From an uncultured virus (IMG/VR IMGVR_UViG_3300034082_004432) (taxonomy: Duplodnaviria; Heunggongvirae; Uroviricota; Caudoviricetes), in IMG/VR virus record IMGVR_UViG_3300034082_004432, positions 1-64,000 of that record: 64,000 bases of DNA; one strand, given 5' to 3'. The translations under genes were made by a program, and so were the position numbers. This document shows, piece after piece, positions 27,895-37,758 of this stretch (positions are counted from its first letter, which is position 1; each line of letters opens with the position of its first letter). Under the pieces are notes generated by a model. The model made no database searches. It saw only the letters and a program-made list of their open reading frames with translations, and had not been told where the DNA came from.

Positions 27895-28748
27895 TATATT
27901 GTTATACTCAGCTCAGTTGATAAATAAGATAAAAGTCTACTTGGTAAAACTTGATATGAAGCTTGCCAAAAAGACTTAAAATCTGGCTCCCAACTAGAGC
28001 TTCCAACCCAATTTGAAATTATTTCATTGGTTAAATTTTTTTGCGTATTATATTGTTCTGAAATTGAAGCATAATTTCTTATGATTGAAGATGTAACAAT
28101 CTTTGAAATATTTTCTTCTGTGTATCCAAAGTATCCTCTTGGGAATCTTTGATCAATGAGTTTGAAAAATACTCTTGAGTTTTTAATAGTGCCATCATAA
28201 AAAGAAACATCAGCAATAAATTTATAAATTTCTAATTGATAAGTTTTATTTGCAGTAAATGATAATTCTTTAGATGTTCTAATAATTTCTTCTGCAGTGT
28301 CAATATCTATATCTTTGCTTATAATTAAGGGACTACCATTTGGATCGCTTGATGGACGTGCAATACTAAAAACTAATTCTTCACCATTATTTTCGTCTGA
28401 TGTCAAAAATATTTTTCCAAAAATATAACTATCAGACATTGTATCAATATTGCCTAGAATTTGCTGAATTGTATATCCCTGCTCATTACCACTAGGCAAT
28501 TCTATATTAGATGCTGATAGTGATGTTTTTACAAGTCCTTTTCCAAAGCTCAAAACATCTAAGACCATATTTTTATTTTGAGATTTTATAGCTGACAATC
28601 CATATAAAAGTTGCAAATTTCTTTCTATTGAGTTTGTAGACAATGCGTTTTCTTGAGATGAAAGTGCCATGTCTACAGTTGATGCAGTTTGATCTAAAGC
28701 TAGAACTAAGTTATTCATTGTGATTGCTGACGCATAATTCATTCCCAT
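27894..28748 (-). CDS. Hypothetical protein (tail module)
   Basis: 284-aa ORF with TAATG coupling on both sides. Confidence 0.6.
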   Translation of the reverse strand: MGMNYASAITMNNLVLALDQTASTVDMALSSQENALSTNSIERNLQLLYGLSAIKSQNKNMVLDVLSFGKGLVKTSLSASNIELPSGNEQGYTIQQILGNIDTMSDSYIFGKIFLTSDENNGEELVFSIARPSSDPNGSPLIISKDIDIDTAEEIIRTSKELSFTANKTYQLEIYKFIADVSFYDGTIKNSRVFFKLIDQRFPRGYFGYTEENISKIVTSSIIRNYASISEQYNTQKNLTNEIISNWVGSSSWEPDFKSFWQASYQVLPSRLLSYLSTELSITI

Positions 28749-31700
28749 TATTTGCTCCTAATCACAATTTTGTCAGTTATAGGAAAACCATTATATTGAT
28801 CATCTATCTCTTCTAATGTTTTTCCTACTGCTAAGTATGTTATCTTCTGAATTTTATTACTATCAATCAAAACAGGATATGCAGAATAATCTTGATAAAA
28901 AGATGTATCTATATTTTGCCAAATAGACGTTCCTGTTTTTTTCCATTCAAGTTTTAAGCTGTGTTCGTTTTGATAATTATTAAATTGAAGTTCAAATAAT
29001 ATTGGTTGCGAACTTCCTGTTGCTACATATGATGTAGTAAATATGTTATTAGTAATATTTTTCCAATTACTTATGTAAGGTCTTTCTTCATTATTTATAA
29101 ACAACTTAACCCCACCATTTGTTGTTATCTTGAAATCAAAAGTAGAACCTATGGAAGATAAAGCAGTAAAATCTCCAATAATAAAACCATTGAAATAATT
29201 AGTTTGACCCAATCCTGAGAAATTACTGATATCTAGTTTTTGATGAGCTGACGCCAAGTCGCTCATATCATTTTTATCAAGTTCAAGGTAATTCCAGGTT
29301 GACTTTTTATACCATTGAGTAATCCAAGTTGGGGTTTTTTCAAGTTTTATATATTTTGTTGTCAAATGATTATCAACGTAATATTTGAAATACATATGAA
29401 TGTCATTGGCTCTATTTATAAGTCTATTTACATTGTCGCCAAAATAGAATGTATTTGCACTTCCTGATAAATTACTACTCAAATATACTTGATATAAACT
29501 AGTATTTCTATCATAAACTAAACTTGTGACTGCTGTACCACTTGCTATAACTGATGAAGTAACAGCTATACCAACCATAACTATTGGATCATAATTTTCT
29601 TGAGGAATATAAAGTAAATTTGTTCCGATTGTTCCTGTTGCGCCAATTGATGTTAAATTTGCCTTGAAAGATCTTGGATATATATAAAGTTGTGATGGAG
29701 TAAATAGTGTTTGATTATTTACTGTCCAATATTCGTCTAAATAGTAATCCGTATTGTTGGCTCTTGTTTTATTTGGTTGTGGCATTATCAAAGATGAGCC
29801 AAAATAATCTCTATTGAAACTTGCATAAATTTCATCATCTTGATCGAAAAATACTACATATGGTGTCCCTGTAGCTATTGTCCAAGAATTACCATCATAA
29901 AATGCCATATTGGTACTTGATGGAGTTGATGTTTCTTGTATTTGAAGTCGTAAGTCATACTTCACAACATAATATTGATTATCACTTGTTCCAGCATTGC
30001 CAGCAAGAGTTAAAGCTGTTGAAGAACCAATTGAAGAAATTTCATACCAAGTAGAAATATTATTTTCTATTGTGCTGCCAAAACCAATAGATGCATATTT
30101 CTGATATTTATTAAAATTAGCTGCTGTATTATTTGCTGGATTATAAAGACCACTTACAGCAGTTCCGCTTACGCTTACCAATCCTTGTGTTTTGACATCA
30201 TAACTTGGAGGATTTGTATTTGATTCAAAGACTATCCAATATGTTCTATCTTTTGTCAACTCGTAATTTACATAAAAATAAATATCATTTAAAATGTTTT
30301 CAATTGATGAATAGTAAATTTTTGATCCTGTTATTAATTTAGAGTTTGGTAAGTTATTATAATTATCCCAAATACTGCACTCTAAGTAGGCTTCATTATT
30401 TAACCACTTGGCTAAACTTTGAAGCCTTATCTTGAGAGACTTGATATATTGATAATCATTTGGAGTAATTTTAAAAGCAAATCTATTGTAATTAACACTC
30501 TTGTAATTACCTATAGTTGTTTGATTGATATTTGAGGCATCTGAAATTGTTAATTGTTGTTTATATATATTTTCTAAACTATTGATAGAAGAATCTGATG
30601 TTGAATAACCAGCAATAGAAACTACAAAAGAATCAGATCTTAGGTCAAATAAATTCTGAGCAGTGTAAGTTTTAAGTTGCTTTTCATTACCCACAACTTC
30701 ATCATAATTAGATATCCAATGATTTGATCTATTGTAAGCATAGTTTGACACTGTCATTCCAATTTCTTTTATTGATGAAAAAGTGTTTGGAAATTGGTTT
30801 AAGTTTGGTGAATAAAAAGATTTTGTTAATTCATATTCACTTACTTGTTCTTGTATTTCTGTTTGTGATATAGATGGATTTGTAGATTTTAACGTATTTA
30901 TAAAATCAGTTTTTGTTTGTTTTGTTTTATCTTCTGGCTGTACAAGTTTGGTCAAAATAGTTCTGCTTTCTCCCATTTGCATATTGGGAATAATTGCAGC
31001 AGACCCATATAATCTATATTCGTCAATAGAATTGAACGTTCCAGGGGCATTTACGTCTGATTCAGCTTTTGTTCCCTGCTTGTAATAACCTGAAACAGTC
31101 AAGTTTTTCTTTTGTCTGTTTAAATATTCATCATCAGTAATTAGGAATTTTGATGAATTTAGTTTGATATTTTTGATAAATTTATCACTTTTATTATTTA
31201 AAAATAATATAGTAAATGAATAGTCTTTGGCGAGTTTGGTGCCTGTTGTTTCCTGATCTAATAAATCTGGGACATTTGTAATTTCTTGATAAAATTCAAA
31301 CTCACAATCTATATCAAAATTGAAATCCTTAATTTGCAAGCCATTTTGATCATACTTAAAAACAATAGATGTTGGAGGAATAGAAAGCCATGAAACCATA
31401 GCATTTGCTCCATTTTCATCAGCTTCTATATTTATTGGCTCTGTTTCTAGAGGACTGTTCTTAATTCCATAAGTTTGGTTGTTGACTAAACTTTTGTAAT
31501 TTTCTTCTAAAGTAAGATATGTATCAGAAATAATTGACAAAACTTGTCCATAAAGAATTTTATTGTCAGAACTGTAGACATAATCACCTTCAGTAATTTC
31601 TGAATTGAACTTTGTCAAGTTGCCTATTATCACATTACTTCCTGCAGATATGGAAATTTTGCCTAATCCAATGGTAGTTTGAAAATTAGATTTTAATGAT

Positions 31701-33451
31701 GGTGATATTGGATATTTTAATAAGTTGTGTAATAGTTTGCTTTTCTTAAAACTATTATTTTTAAAATCAGCATAACTGCTTGTTCCATAAGATCTAAAAT
31801 TGGTAAAAGGAGCAACTAAATCTGATGAAACTTTATCATAAATATTTTTATAATCTTCTGCTCTAGTAAGATTTGTAAGGGAGATAACATCTTGTAGTGT
31901 TTCTGTAATCAAATCACTATCACCAATTGGAGGCACAGCAAAATTATCTGCAGTTCTTTCAATATAAATTATTGATGAATTATTGAGATTATATGTTGTT
32001 GAAGTTTTATTTTTAATTGTCCCTGCTGTTTTCAATGATGGATAAGACAAAATCATTTTTGCTACAACATCATAATCACTATCAATACTCGGATAGTTTG
32101 TAAAATCTTTCCAATCAACAGGAACTGATTCTTGAGGCATAGCTTTTCCAAAAAATAAATAAAAGTCTATATCTCCATTTTCGTATTGATTGCCAGAAAT
32201 TATATTTTTTGAAGCTAAAATTACTGGCAAATACTGATTAGCACCTAAGCTAACATAGTTTGACAGAGAATTTGTATCACCATAAGCTGAAAAGGTTTGT
32301 GGATAAAGATATCTGTATGGCTCTGTGACTTCTACATAATCTCCATCAAAATATTTTTGATTTGTTTTATTTTTTGAAAATAAATAAACGTTAGTATCGT
32401 TGACACCAGTTTTATCAAAAGTTATATAATTTTTAATATCTTTTTGAAAATATGTTTTTCTTGGAAAAACATTCCAAGATGAAATGAAATTACTAGAGTT
32501 AAATGTAAGGGCTGTACCTGAAGAATACACAGGGTAAGAGTTTAAGAAATTTGTATCATGAGTATCCCAGTAAAATGCTAAGTGATACCAATAATTTTCA
32601 GTCCATGTGGTGGGAAGTTTAATTTTTACTAGGTAATGATCTTTATTTCTGCCAATTGTTGATCCAGTAGATGAAACTTCACTTATATTGTAAGCAAGGT
32701 AAGTTAAGGCTAGTCCTGCCATACTACCAGCCAAATTAAATGTTGATCCAATACCTTCTGTCTTTAGAAAAGTATGTGAAGCTATACCTAAGTCTTTTGG
32801 AGTATTTGTGTATGGATTTATAAATTGTAATCCTTCAAAATAAGTTTTTGGTATTATTAAGTGTGCTTCATTATTTGAAGAGCTACCAGTATTTTTTAAA
32901 GAAATCCATCTTGATGAGTTGAAAAGGTTTACCCTTTGATATAAAGAACCATCCCAGCGAACAGGATAATCATAATCTTGTCTATCAGAACCATCACCAG
33001 GTTCTGAATTGATATTGTAAATAATATAGTTTGTATTTGCTAATCCTGCTGAGTTATAAGTAGGGATGTAATATTGCCATGCATTGTAATCCCACACTCC
33101 CCATCCTTCTGTGGCAGGCGGATTGTAATATTGAGGAGTCCAACCACCAGTATTTCCAAAACTAGCAATCTTATTATCAACTATGTATTTGCCACCTTGA
33201 AAACCAAAAGAAATGTTTTCCTCTGTGTCAAAAGTTTGATATGGTTTTGTGGTTAATCCTTGAGGAGTTTTACCAGCCAAGTCATAATCATGAAATATTG
33301 TTGATCCTCTAAACTTGATGACTATTCTTTCATAGTCTAAATAATATCCACGATTCGAACTTAAGTCTCCAACCAAATCTTCATAAGCATATTTTGCTTT
33401 TCCAATTTGATTAATTATAAATTCAAGACCTTTTTTTGATACTAGACTCAT
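28748..33451 (-). CDS. Large virion structural/fibre protein with C-terminal PA14-like domain
   Basis: Fibre-type GKISISAGSNVIIGNLTKF motif. C-terminal GFIIGDF...FDFKITTNGGVKLFINN...ISNW...FELQF...LKLEW (about 28890-29210) matches the PA14 pattern. Confidence 0.65.
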   Translation of the reverse strand: MSLVSKKGLEFIINQIGKAKYAYEDLVGDLSSNRGYYLDYERIVIKFRGSTIFHDYDLAGKTPQGLTTKPYQTFDTEENISFGFQGGKYIVDNKIASFGNTGGWTPQYYNPPATEGWGVWDYNAWQYYIPTYNSAGLANTNYIIYNINSEPGDGSDRQDYDYPVRWDGSLYQRVNLFNSSRWISLKNTGSSSNNEAHLIIPKTYFEGLQFINPYTNTPKDLGIASHTFLKTEGIGSTFNLAGSMAGLALTYLAYNISEVSSTGSTIGRNKDHYLVKIKLPTTWTENYWYHLAFYWDTHDTNFLNSYPVYSSGTALTFNSSNFISSWNVFPRKTYFQKDIKNYITFDKTGVNDTNVYLFSKNKTNQKYFDGDYVEVTEPYRYLYPQTFSAYGDTNSLSNYVSLGANQYLPVILASKNIISGNQYENGDIDFYLFFGKAMPQESVPVDWKDFTNYPSIDSDYDVVAKMILSYPSLKTAGTIKNKTSTTYNLNNSSIIYIERTADNFAVPPIGDSDLITETLQDVISLTNLTRAEDYKNIYDKVSSDLVAPFTNFRSYGTSSYADFKNNSFKKSKLLHNLLKYPISPSLKSNFQTTIGLGKISISAGSNVIIGNLTKFNSEITEGDYVYSSDNKILYGQVLSIISDTYLTLEENYKSLVNNQTYGIKNSPLETEPINIEADENGANAMVSWLSIPPTSIVFKYDQNGLQIKDFNFDIDCEFEFYQEITNVPDLLDQETTGTKLAKDYSFTILFLNNKSDKFIKNIKLNSSKFLITDDEYLNRQKKNLTVSGYYKQGTKAESDVNAPGTFNSIDEYRLYGSAAIIPNMQMGESRTILTKLVQPEDKTKQTKTDFINTLKSTNPSISQTEIQEQVSEYELTKSFYSPNLNQFPNTFSSIKEIGMTVSNYAYNRSNHWISNYDEVVGNEKQLKTYTAQNLFDLRSDSFVVSIAGYSTSDSSINSLENIYKQQLTISDASNINQTTIGNYKSVNYNRFAFKITPNDYQYIKSLKIRLQSLAKWLNNEAYLECSIWDNYNNLPNSKLITGSKIYYSSIENILNDIYFYVNYELTKDRTYWIVFESNTNPPSYDVKTQGLVSVSGTAVSGLYNPANNTAANFNKYQKYASIGFGSTIENNISTWYEISSIGSSTALTLAGNAGTSDNQYYVVKYDLRLQIQETSTPSSTNMAFYDGNSWTIATGTPYVVFFDQDDEIYASFNRDYFGSSLIMPQPNKTRANNTDYYLDEYWTVNNQTLFTPSQLYIYPRSFKANLTSIGATGTIGTNLLYIPQENYDPIVMVGIAVTSSVIASGTAVTSLVYDRNTSLYQVYLSSNLSGSANTFYFGDNVNRLINRANDIHMYFKYYVDNHLTTKYIKLEKTPTWITQWYKKSTWNYLELDKNDMSDLASAHQKLDISNFSGLGQTNYFNGFIIGDFTALSSIGSTFDFKITTNGGVKLFINNEERPYISNWKNITNNIFTTSYVATGSSQPILFELQFNNYQNEHSLKLEWKKTGTSIWQNIDTSFYQDYSAYPVLIDSNKIQKITYLAVGKTLEEIDDQYNGFPITDKIVIRSK

Positions 33452-33456
33452 TGTGT

Positions 33457-34233
33457 TTAATAGGCTGTTGTAGGAACATTATCTGGACCAAAATAAATTT
33501 GTCTTACAAGTTCTTTCGCAGTGATTGTAATATTTCCGCTTCTAAAAAGTTGTTTACCAGTTGCATCATCAGAAGACTTATTATCGTTGCAAATTACATC
33601 ATAAAGCATTCGTATAGGTTCAACGCTATCTGCTTGCATCCTTAAGATGTTATTTCTAGCTTTTGTAGGTAAATTTGCTACAGTAGTTCCAACTCCTACA
33701 TCGTTATACATTCTGATAAAAGCTTCTGCTGATTTGCCTGAATCAGGAAGTGCTGGTGCTGCAACTGAAGCTGGGTGAGTTTCTGACCACAATGTATTAA
33801 ATTCATTTGTAACTGTTGTTACATAAGAACTTAGGATTGGGTTATGGTCTGCTACAAAGTGAGCTGGAGTTAATGTAAATTTTTCACAAATAGGACACAT
33901 ATCTACAACCCAAATTCTTCTATGTTTTCTTAATATAGAAAGGATTATTCTTGTAGCTTCTTGAGTTACTCTCTCAGTTGTTTCGATATTGTCAGCACCA
34001 ACATTTACTTCGATGCTCACATTATGTTCAAATTCTTGAAGCCCAAAGGATATATCTTTTAATGGAGAACTTGCACCTTTAAAAATAACTGAAATTGCAT
34101 TTGGTCTTACTGCAGCTTCACCTATATAAAATCCTGAAACTGGACGATCAAATATTACTGCTTCGCCTTTGGCATTTTTTGGCAATTCGTAAAATAATAT
34201 GCCCCTCAAAGTATCATAAACTCTTTCAAGCAT
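33457..34233 (-). CDS. Tail completion/terminator-like protein with Zn-finger-like insert
   Basis: Follows the gp36-like gene. Contains an HNVSIEVNV...ATRIILSILRKH tail-terminator-like segment and CPICEKFTLTPAHFVADH. Confidence 0.4.
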   Translation of the reverse strand: MLERVYDTLRGILFYELPKNAKGEAVIFDRPVSGFYIGEAAVRPNAISVIFKGASSPLKDISFGLQEFEHNVSIEVNVGADNIETTERVTQEATRIILSILRKHRRIWVVDMCPICEKFTLTPAHFVADHNPILSSYVTTVTNEFNTLWSETHPASVAAPALPDSGKSAEAFIRMYNDVGVGTTVANLPTKARNNILRMQADSVEPIRMLYDVICNDNKSSDDATGKQLFRSGNITITAKELVRQIYFGPDNVPTTAY

Positions 34234-34242
34234 TTATTTCAC

Positions 34243-34737
34243 CTATTGATTTTGACCCTTTGATCTTTTGCCTTCTGTAGGATTGCTGACAACACCCCTT
34301 AAAGTAGATCTTACAAATCTATCTCCACGAGTATTTCTTTGACCAAATAATCTGATTTCACCATTTTGAATTCTTACAATTTCATTTTGTGCAAAATCAA
34401 ATCTTGATTTTTGCGCTTCAGAGTATTGAGGATCAGCACCCTGTAATGCTTGCATATAGTACATTTGTGCAGACAGAATTGCGCAAATAACTGGCACAGG
34501 GTGTGGATATGAAACGTCTCCACCAATATTGACTTGCTTCAATGGAACATCATACATAGTTGCCAAATTTGCATCAATTTCTGCAGAAGCTTGTTGAATG
34601 AAGAAATCTAAATCAATATTTGATGCTGATTCTGGAGTAGGATTTCTAAAGTTTGGAATTGGATTGTCACCTTCTGTAACTACATTTGGTGGAAGGTATT
34701 GTTTGACATCATTAGTTGTGCAATAAGAACGTGGCAT
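34243..34737 (-). CDS. Head-tail adaptor, Mu gp36 / DUF1320-like
   Basis: YCTTNDVKQYL, IQQASAEIDANLATMYDVPL, VICAILSA, IVRIQNGEI. Confidence 0.75.
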   Translation of the reverse strand: MPRSYCTTNDVKQYLPPNVVTEGDNPIPNFRNPTPESASNIDLDFFIQQASAEIDANLATMYDVPLKQVNIGGDVSYPHPVPVICAILSAQMYYMQALQGADPQYSEAQKSRFDFAQNEIVRIQNGEIRLFGQRNTRGDRFVRSTLRGVVSNPTEGKRSKGQNQ

Positions 34738-35417
34738 TATACTACTCCTGTGTTCGGCTTTAAATATTTGGGAGTATAATCAATACCTTGATCTCCCTGT
34801 ATCAATCCCATTTCTTGAGCTGTTTTTCTTGGTAAAAGAGAAAAAACATTTGAATCATCTAAATCTGCTGCTGAAGTTGATCCAGAATTTACAAATCTAG
34901 GAAAATCAATATCGATATCTCTATATCCACCAGATTTAGCATTAAAAATTTCTACTCCATCAGGAGCAAACTTGCTGCCTTGAAGTTTGCTTAAGACTTG
35001 TCCCAATTTTGAATTAACATTTGTGGCTAATACAAAACCATTGTTGTCATGCACGTATCCACAAGCTTTGTCTATTGATAAATTTGCTGGTACGGGTTTT
35101 GCCAAATTGTAAATATATAATTCTTCTTTACCAGTACAAATGTATGTCTGACCAGGAACAACATTGATATCCATTTGTTGTTCAATTGCCATTTGTTTTG
35201 CTCTCAGGCCTACCGCTGGACTTCTAGGAGACAATATTCCCACAATGTCTAAGCCATTAATTATAGCTGAAGTAAGAATTGATTTGATTGTTGAGTTTAA
35301 GTAATCTTCATTTGAAAATGCTTTTTCTTCATCAATAAAGATACATAAATCTATTCTTAAGACATTTTTACGTAAGGCAGTGCATTCTTTTGCTATATGA
35401 TACCAAGAGCGTTCCAT
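34737..35417 (-). CDS. PHP-fold protein lacking metal ligands
   Basis: RIDLCIF, GLDIVGIL, VVPGQ, VHDNNGFVLA and DGVEIFNA trace the PHP barrel, but the His ligands are absent. Confidence 0.6.
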   Translation of the reverse strand: MERSWYHIAKECTALRKNVLRIDLCIFIDEEKAFSNEDYLNSTIKSILTSAIINGLDIVGILSPRSPAVGLRAKQMAIEQQMDINVVPGQTYICTGKEELYIYNLAKPVPANLSIDKACGYVHDNNGFVLATNVNSKLGQVLSKLQGSKFAPDGVEIFNAKSGGYRDIDIDFPRFVNSGSTSAADLDDSNVFSLLPRKTAQEMGLIQGDQGIDYTPKYLKPNTGVV

Positions 35418-35451
35418 AATAAAGAAAATACTAGGTATCGAAGTCCTTTAC

Positions 35452-36000
35452 CTATCTTTTATTCCCACAATCAGGGCAAAACTTCTCCATTGCTAAAAAC
35501 TGAAAACCACATTCTATACAGAACTTAGCTAATTGAGCAGTGCCGCATTTCAAACAAAATTTAGCATCAATTGGCAAAGCATATAAGCATTTTTCATTTG
35601 CACAATTTTTCATTTGACGCTTTTCAATTTGCTTACGTTCAGTAGTGCCATCCATCTCGTCAAGTTCAGAAATCAAATCTGCAATATTGACTGTATTTGG
35701 AACTATTGAACTTTTTTCTTCCACTTGAGCTTCCAACACTTGTTCTTCACGCTCAGAAGTCTTCAATATAGGTTGATTTTCTGCCCATTTTTGAAATTTT
35801 GGACTATCAAAAAGACTTTGCTTTGGTTCAGCGCTTAATGCCCCAGATTCATCGATTTTGAGTTCAATTTCTTGATCAGACATTTCCATTTCATCTCCAA
35901 GCACTGTATGCCCAAACTTATTTACTTTAGGCTTGGGCAAATCTTCTCGATGAGGGTTTGTAAATGATGCTCTGAGAGCCTTGATCTGATCTTCGTCCAT
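35452..36000 (-). CDS. Acidic protein with C-terminal double zinc ribbon
   Basis: CANEKC, FCLKCG, FCIECG, FCPDCG. Confidence 0.8.
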   Translation of the reverse strand: MDEDQIKALRASFTNPHREDLPKPKVNKFGHTVLGDEMEMSDQEIELKIDESGALSAEPKQSLFDSPKFQKWAENQPILKTSEREEQVLEAQVEEKSSIVPNTVNIADLISELDEMDGTTERKQIEKRQMKNCANEKCLYALPIDAKFCLKCGTAQLAKFCIECGFQFLAMEKFCPDCGNKR

Positions 36001-36012
36001 GAAATAATTTTA
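36001..36012 (-). promoter_or_regulatory. -10 leaderless promoter
   Basis: Minus strand TAAAAT (36012-36007), 6 nt (TATTTC), ATG 36000. Confidence 0.6.
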
Positions 36013-36016
36013 CAGT

Positions 36017-36433
36017 CTATTGCTTCTTTTTGTCGTCTCTTCTTTCGTATTTGAAGCTAACTACCTCAAAAGAATTTGATTCAGGAGCATCTCCAGCTGC
36101 AAAATCTCTTGTGTTTCCTGAATGATCTTCGACTGCTTGAAGAATTTTAGACATAAGCTGTGTATCTGGAATTGGTCCATTGTGCTTTGCTTTGATTTCT
36201 ACGGCAAAACTATGCACTGTTCCATCGTCTCCAACTACAGACACGTTTGGTCTTGGTCTAGCGAAAGATTCTATTTTTGGACTTACATCTCTGTTTAGTG
36301 ATCCTTCATCCATCAAAGAATCACTTTCACCCATATCAAAGACTGCATTATTAATCTTGTCGCTCAATTCTGGGTTTACTTGTGCTACTCTTGTCTTGAT
36401 GTCGTCCAATACCTTTATCACTCTGTTCATCAT
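36017..36433 (-). CDS. Hypothetical protein
   Basis: Purine-rich SD-like AAGGGTGG before ATG 36433/36430. Acidic protein. Confidence 0.65.
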   Translation of the reverse strand: MMNRVIKVLDDIKTRVAQVNPELSDKINNAVFDMGESDSLMDEGSLNRDVSPKIESFARPRPNVSVVGDDGTVHSFAVEIKAKHNGPIPDTQLMSKILQAVEDHSGNTRDFAAGDAPESNSFEVVSFKYERRDDKKKQ

Positions 36434-36583
36434 TTCCACCCTTTATCTTTCTGTTTTTTTACACCCATTAATAATGGGAATTAAGATTTAATATTAAAGA
36501 TTATATTAAAAGATATTTTAATTAAGAAATTTATTAATTAAAATTTTAAATTAAATATTTGCTACATTAAGCAAATAAACAAA

Positions 36584-37693
36584 TTACCCTCCAGTACCAA
36601 TATTCCAGATATATCTGAAAAATCTACTTCTTCCTCCTGGCATATTAAACTCTGGTACAACAACGGCTCTTATTCCTGGGTATGTAGCAATTGGTAATTT
36701 TTCTAACATCTTTTCAAAATCTTCTTTGTACATAGTAGCTGATTGCCTTATATCATCTGTAATCCTTGCATCTGGATCTTCAATAAGTAATCTTCTTTGC
36801 CTGTTCGTAAGACTTGTAAGCAGACTTCTCAATATATAATATGCTGCTCCATAGACTAAAGCTGGGTCATAAAAATAAGGTGCTGCTGATACTGTTCTGT
36901 ATTTACTTGCACCAGGTTGTGAATTTATTGCTTGTAATGCCATGTAAAGACTAGAATTCATATGGTCATTTGTAATCATTTTTATGCTGTATGAAACTAA
37001 CACATTGTCATAGCTATGAATTTCTACAGGATCGCCATTTGCGTCAATAAAATAGATATTTCCCATAAAGTCATATTTGACTCTCAAACCATCTGGATAA
37101 TTGTTTCCATTAGTGTATTGAGATTCATAACCATCTCTATTTTTGATAATAGGATCAAATGTTGTATTGATAGTTGAATAAATTGGAACTGTTTCTGACA
37201 ATTGAATCATTGGATCTCTATCGCCTTGGTTTGATGGCCCACTAATTCTAACTTCTGGTTTTGGTACTGAATTCCAAAAAGGAAAGGCTACAGATCCAAC
37301 ACTTCTACTTCTTCTAAAAATTACTTCTTCATCATAGATAGGAATGTTCAAAAGGTGCTCTAATTCATATCTTAAAGAGCTTTTTACGAGTAATTCATCT
37401 CCTAGCATTGGTGAAGATGTAGAGAGTACATTTCCGTTAGAATCTACTTCTTGGATTCTGTAATAATCTGAAGGAGAACCATTAGTGTCAACCCCTTCGT
37501 TTGTGGGATAATCTACTGTTGCTATTGTAGTGTATGTGCCTTCAAAGTTTGAACTTTTTTGAATCTTGTAAAAGGCAACATTTTCTGCACCAGTTCTTTC
37601 CCATTCAATGAATATTCCAGGATATGATGGTTGTGTGTTGTAGTAAACTAACGTACTATTTGTAAATGATTGAGCCGAAAAATCGTTTGCCAT
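36584..37693 (-). CDS. Neck / head-completion-like protein with N-terminal FN3-like domain
   Basis: Start moved to ATG 37693 (SD GGAG). N-terminal IEW...YKIQKS...YYRIQEVD is FN3-like. C-terminal ALQAINSQP...LVYGAAYYILRSL...YKEDFEKML is adaptor-like. Confidence 0.5.
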   Translation of the reverse strand: MANDFSAQSFTNSTLVYYNTQPSYPGIFIEWERTGAENVAFYKIQKSSNFEGTYTTIATVDYPTNEGVDTNGSPSDYYRIQEVDSNGNVLSTSSPMLGDELLVKSSLRYELEHLLNIPIYDEEVIFRRSRSVGSVAFPFWNSVPKPEVRISGPSNQGDRDPMIQLSETVPIYSTINTTFDPIIKNRDGYESQYTNGNNYPDGLRVKYDFMGNIYFIDANGDPVEIHSYDNVLVSYSIKMITNDHMNSSLYMALQAINSQPGASKYRTVSAAPYFYDPALVYGAAYYILRSLLTSLTNRQRRLLIEDPDARITDDIRQSATMYKEDFEKMLEKLPIATYPGIRAVVVPEFNMPGGRSRFFRYIWNIGTGG

Positions 37694-37702
37694 AATTTCT
37701 CC

Positions 37703-37740
37703 AAAAAAAATAAAGGCCATCCGACTGGATAGCCTTTATT
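37703..37740 (-). terminator. Rho-independent terminator
   Basis: Minus strand: AATAAAGGCTATCC-AGTC-GGATGGCCTTTATT, followed by a T tract. Confidence 0.82.
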
Positions 37741-37758
37741 CAGTCTAGATTAAATTTT

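Noticed and set aside
35418..35454. Possible terminator TAGGTA-N11-TACCTA followed by a T-rich tract on the minus strand
   Set aside because: Only a 6-bp stem with a long loop and an interrupted U tract; too weak to call.
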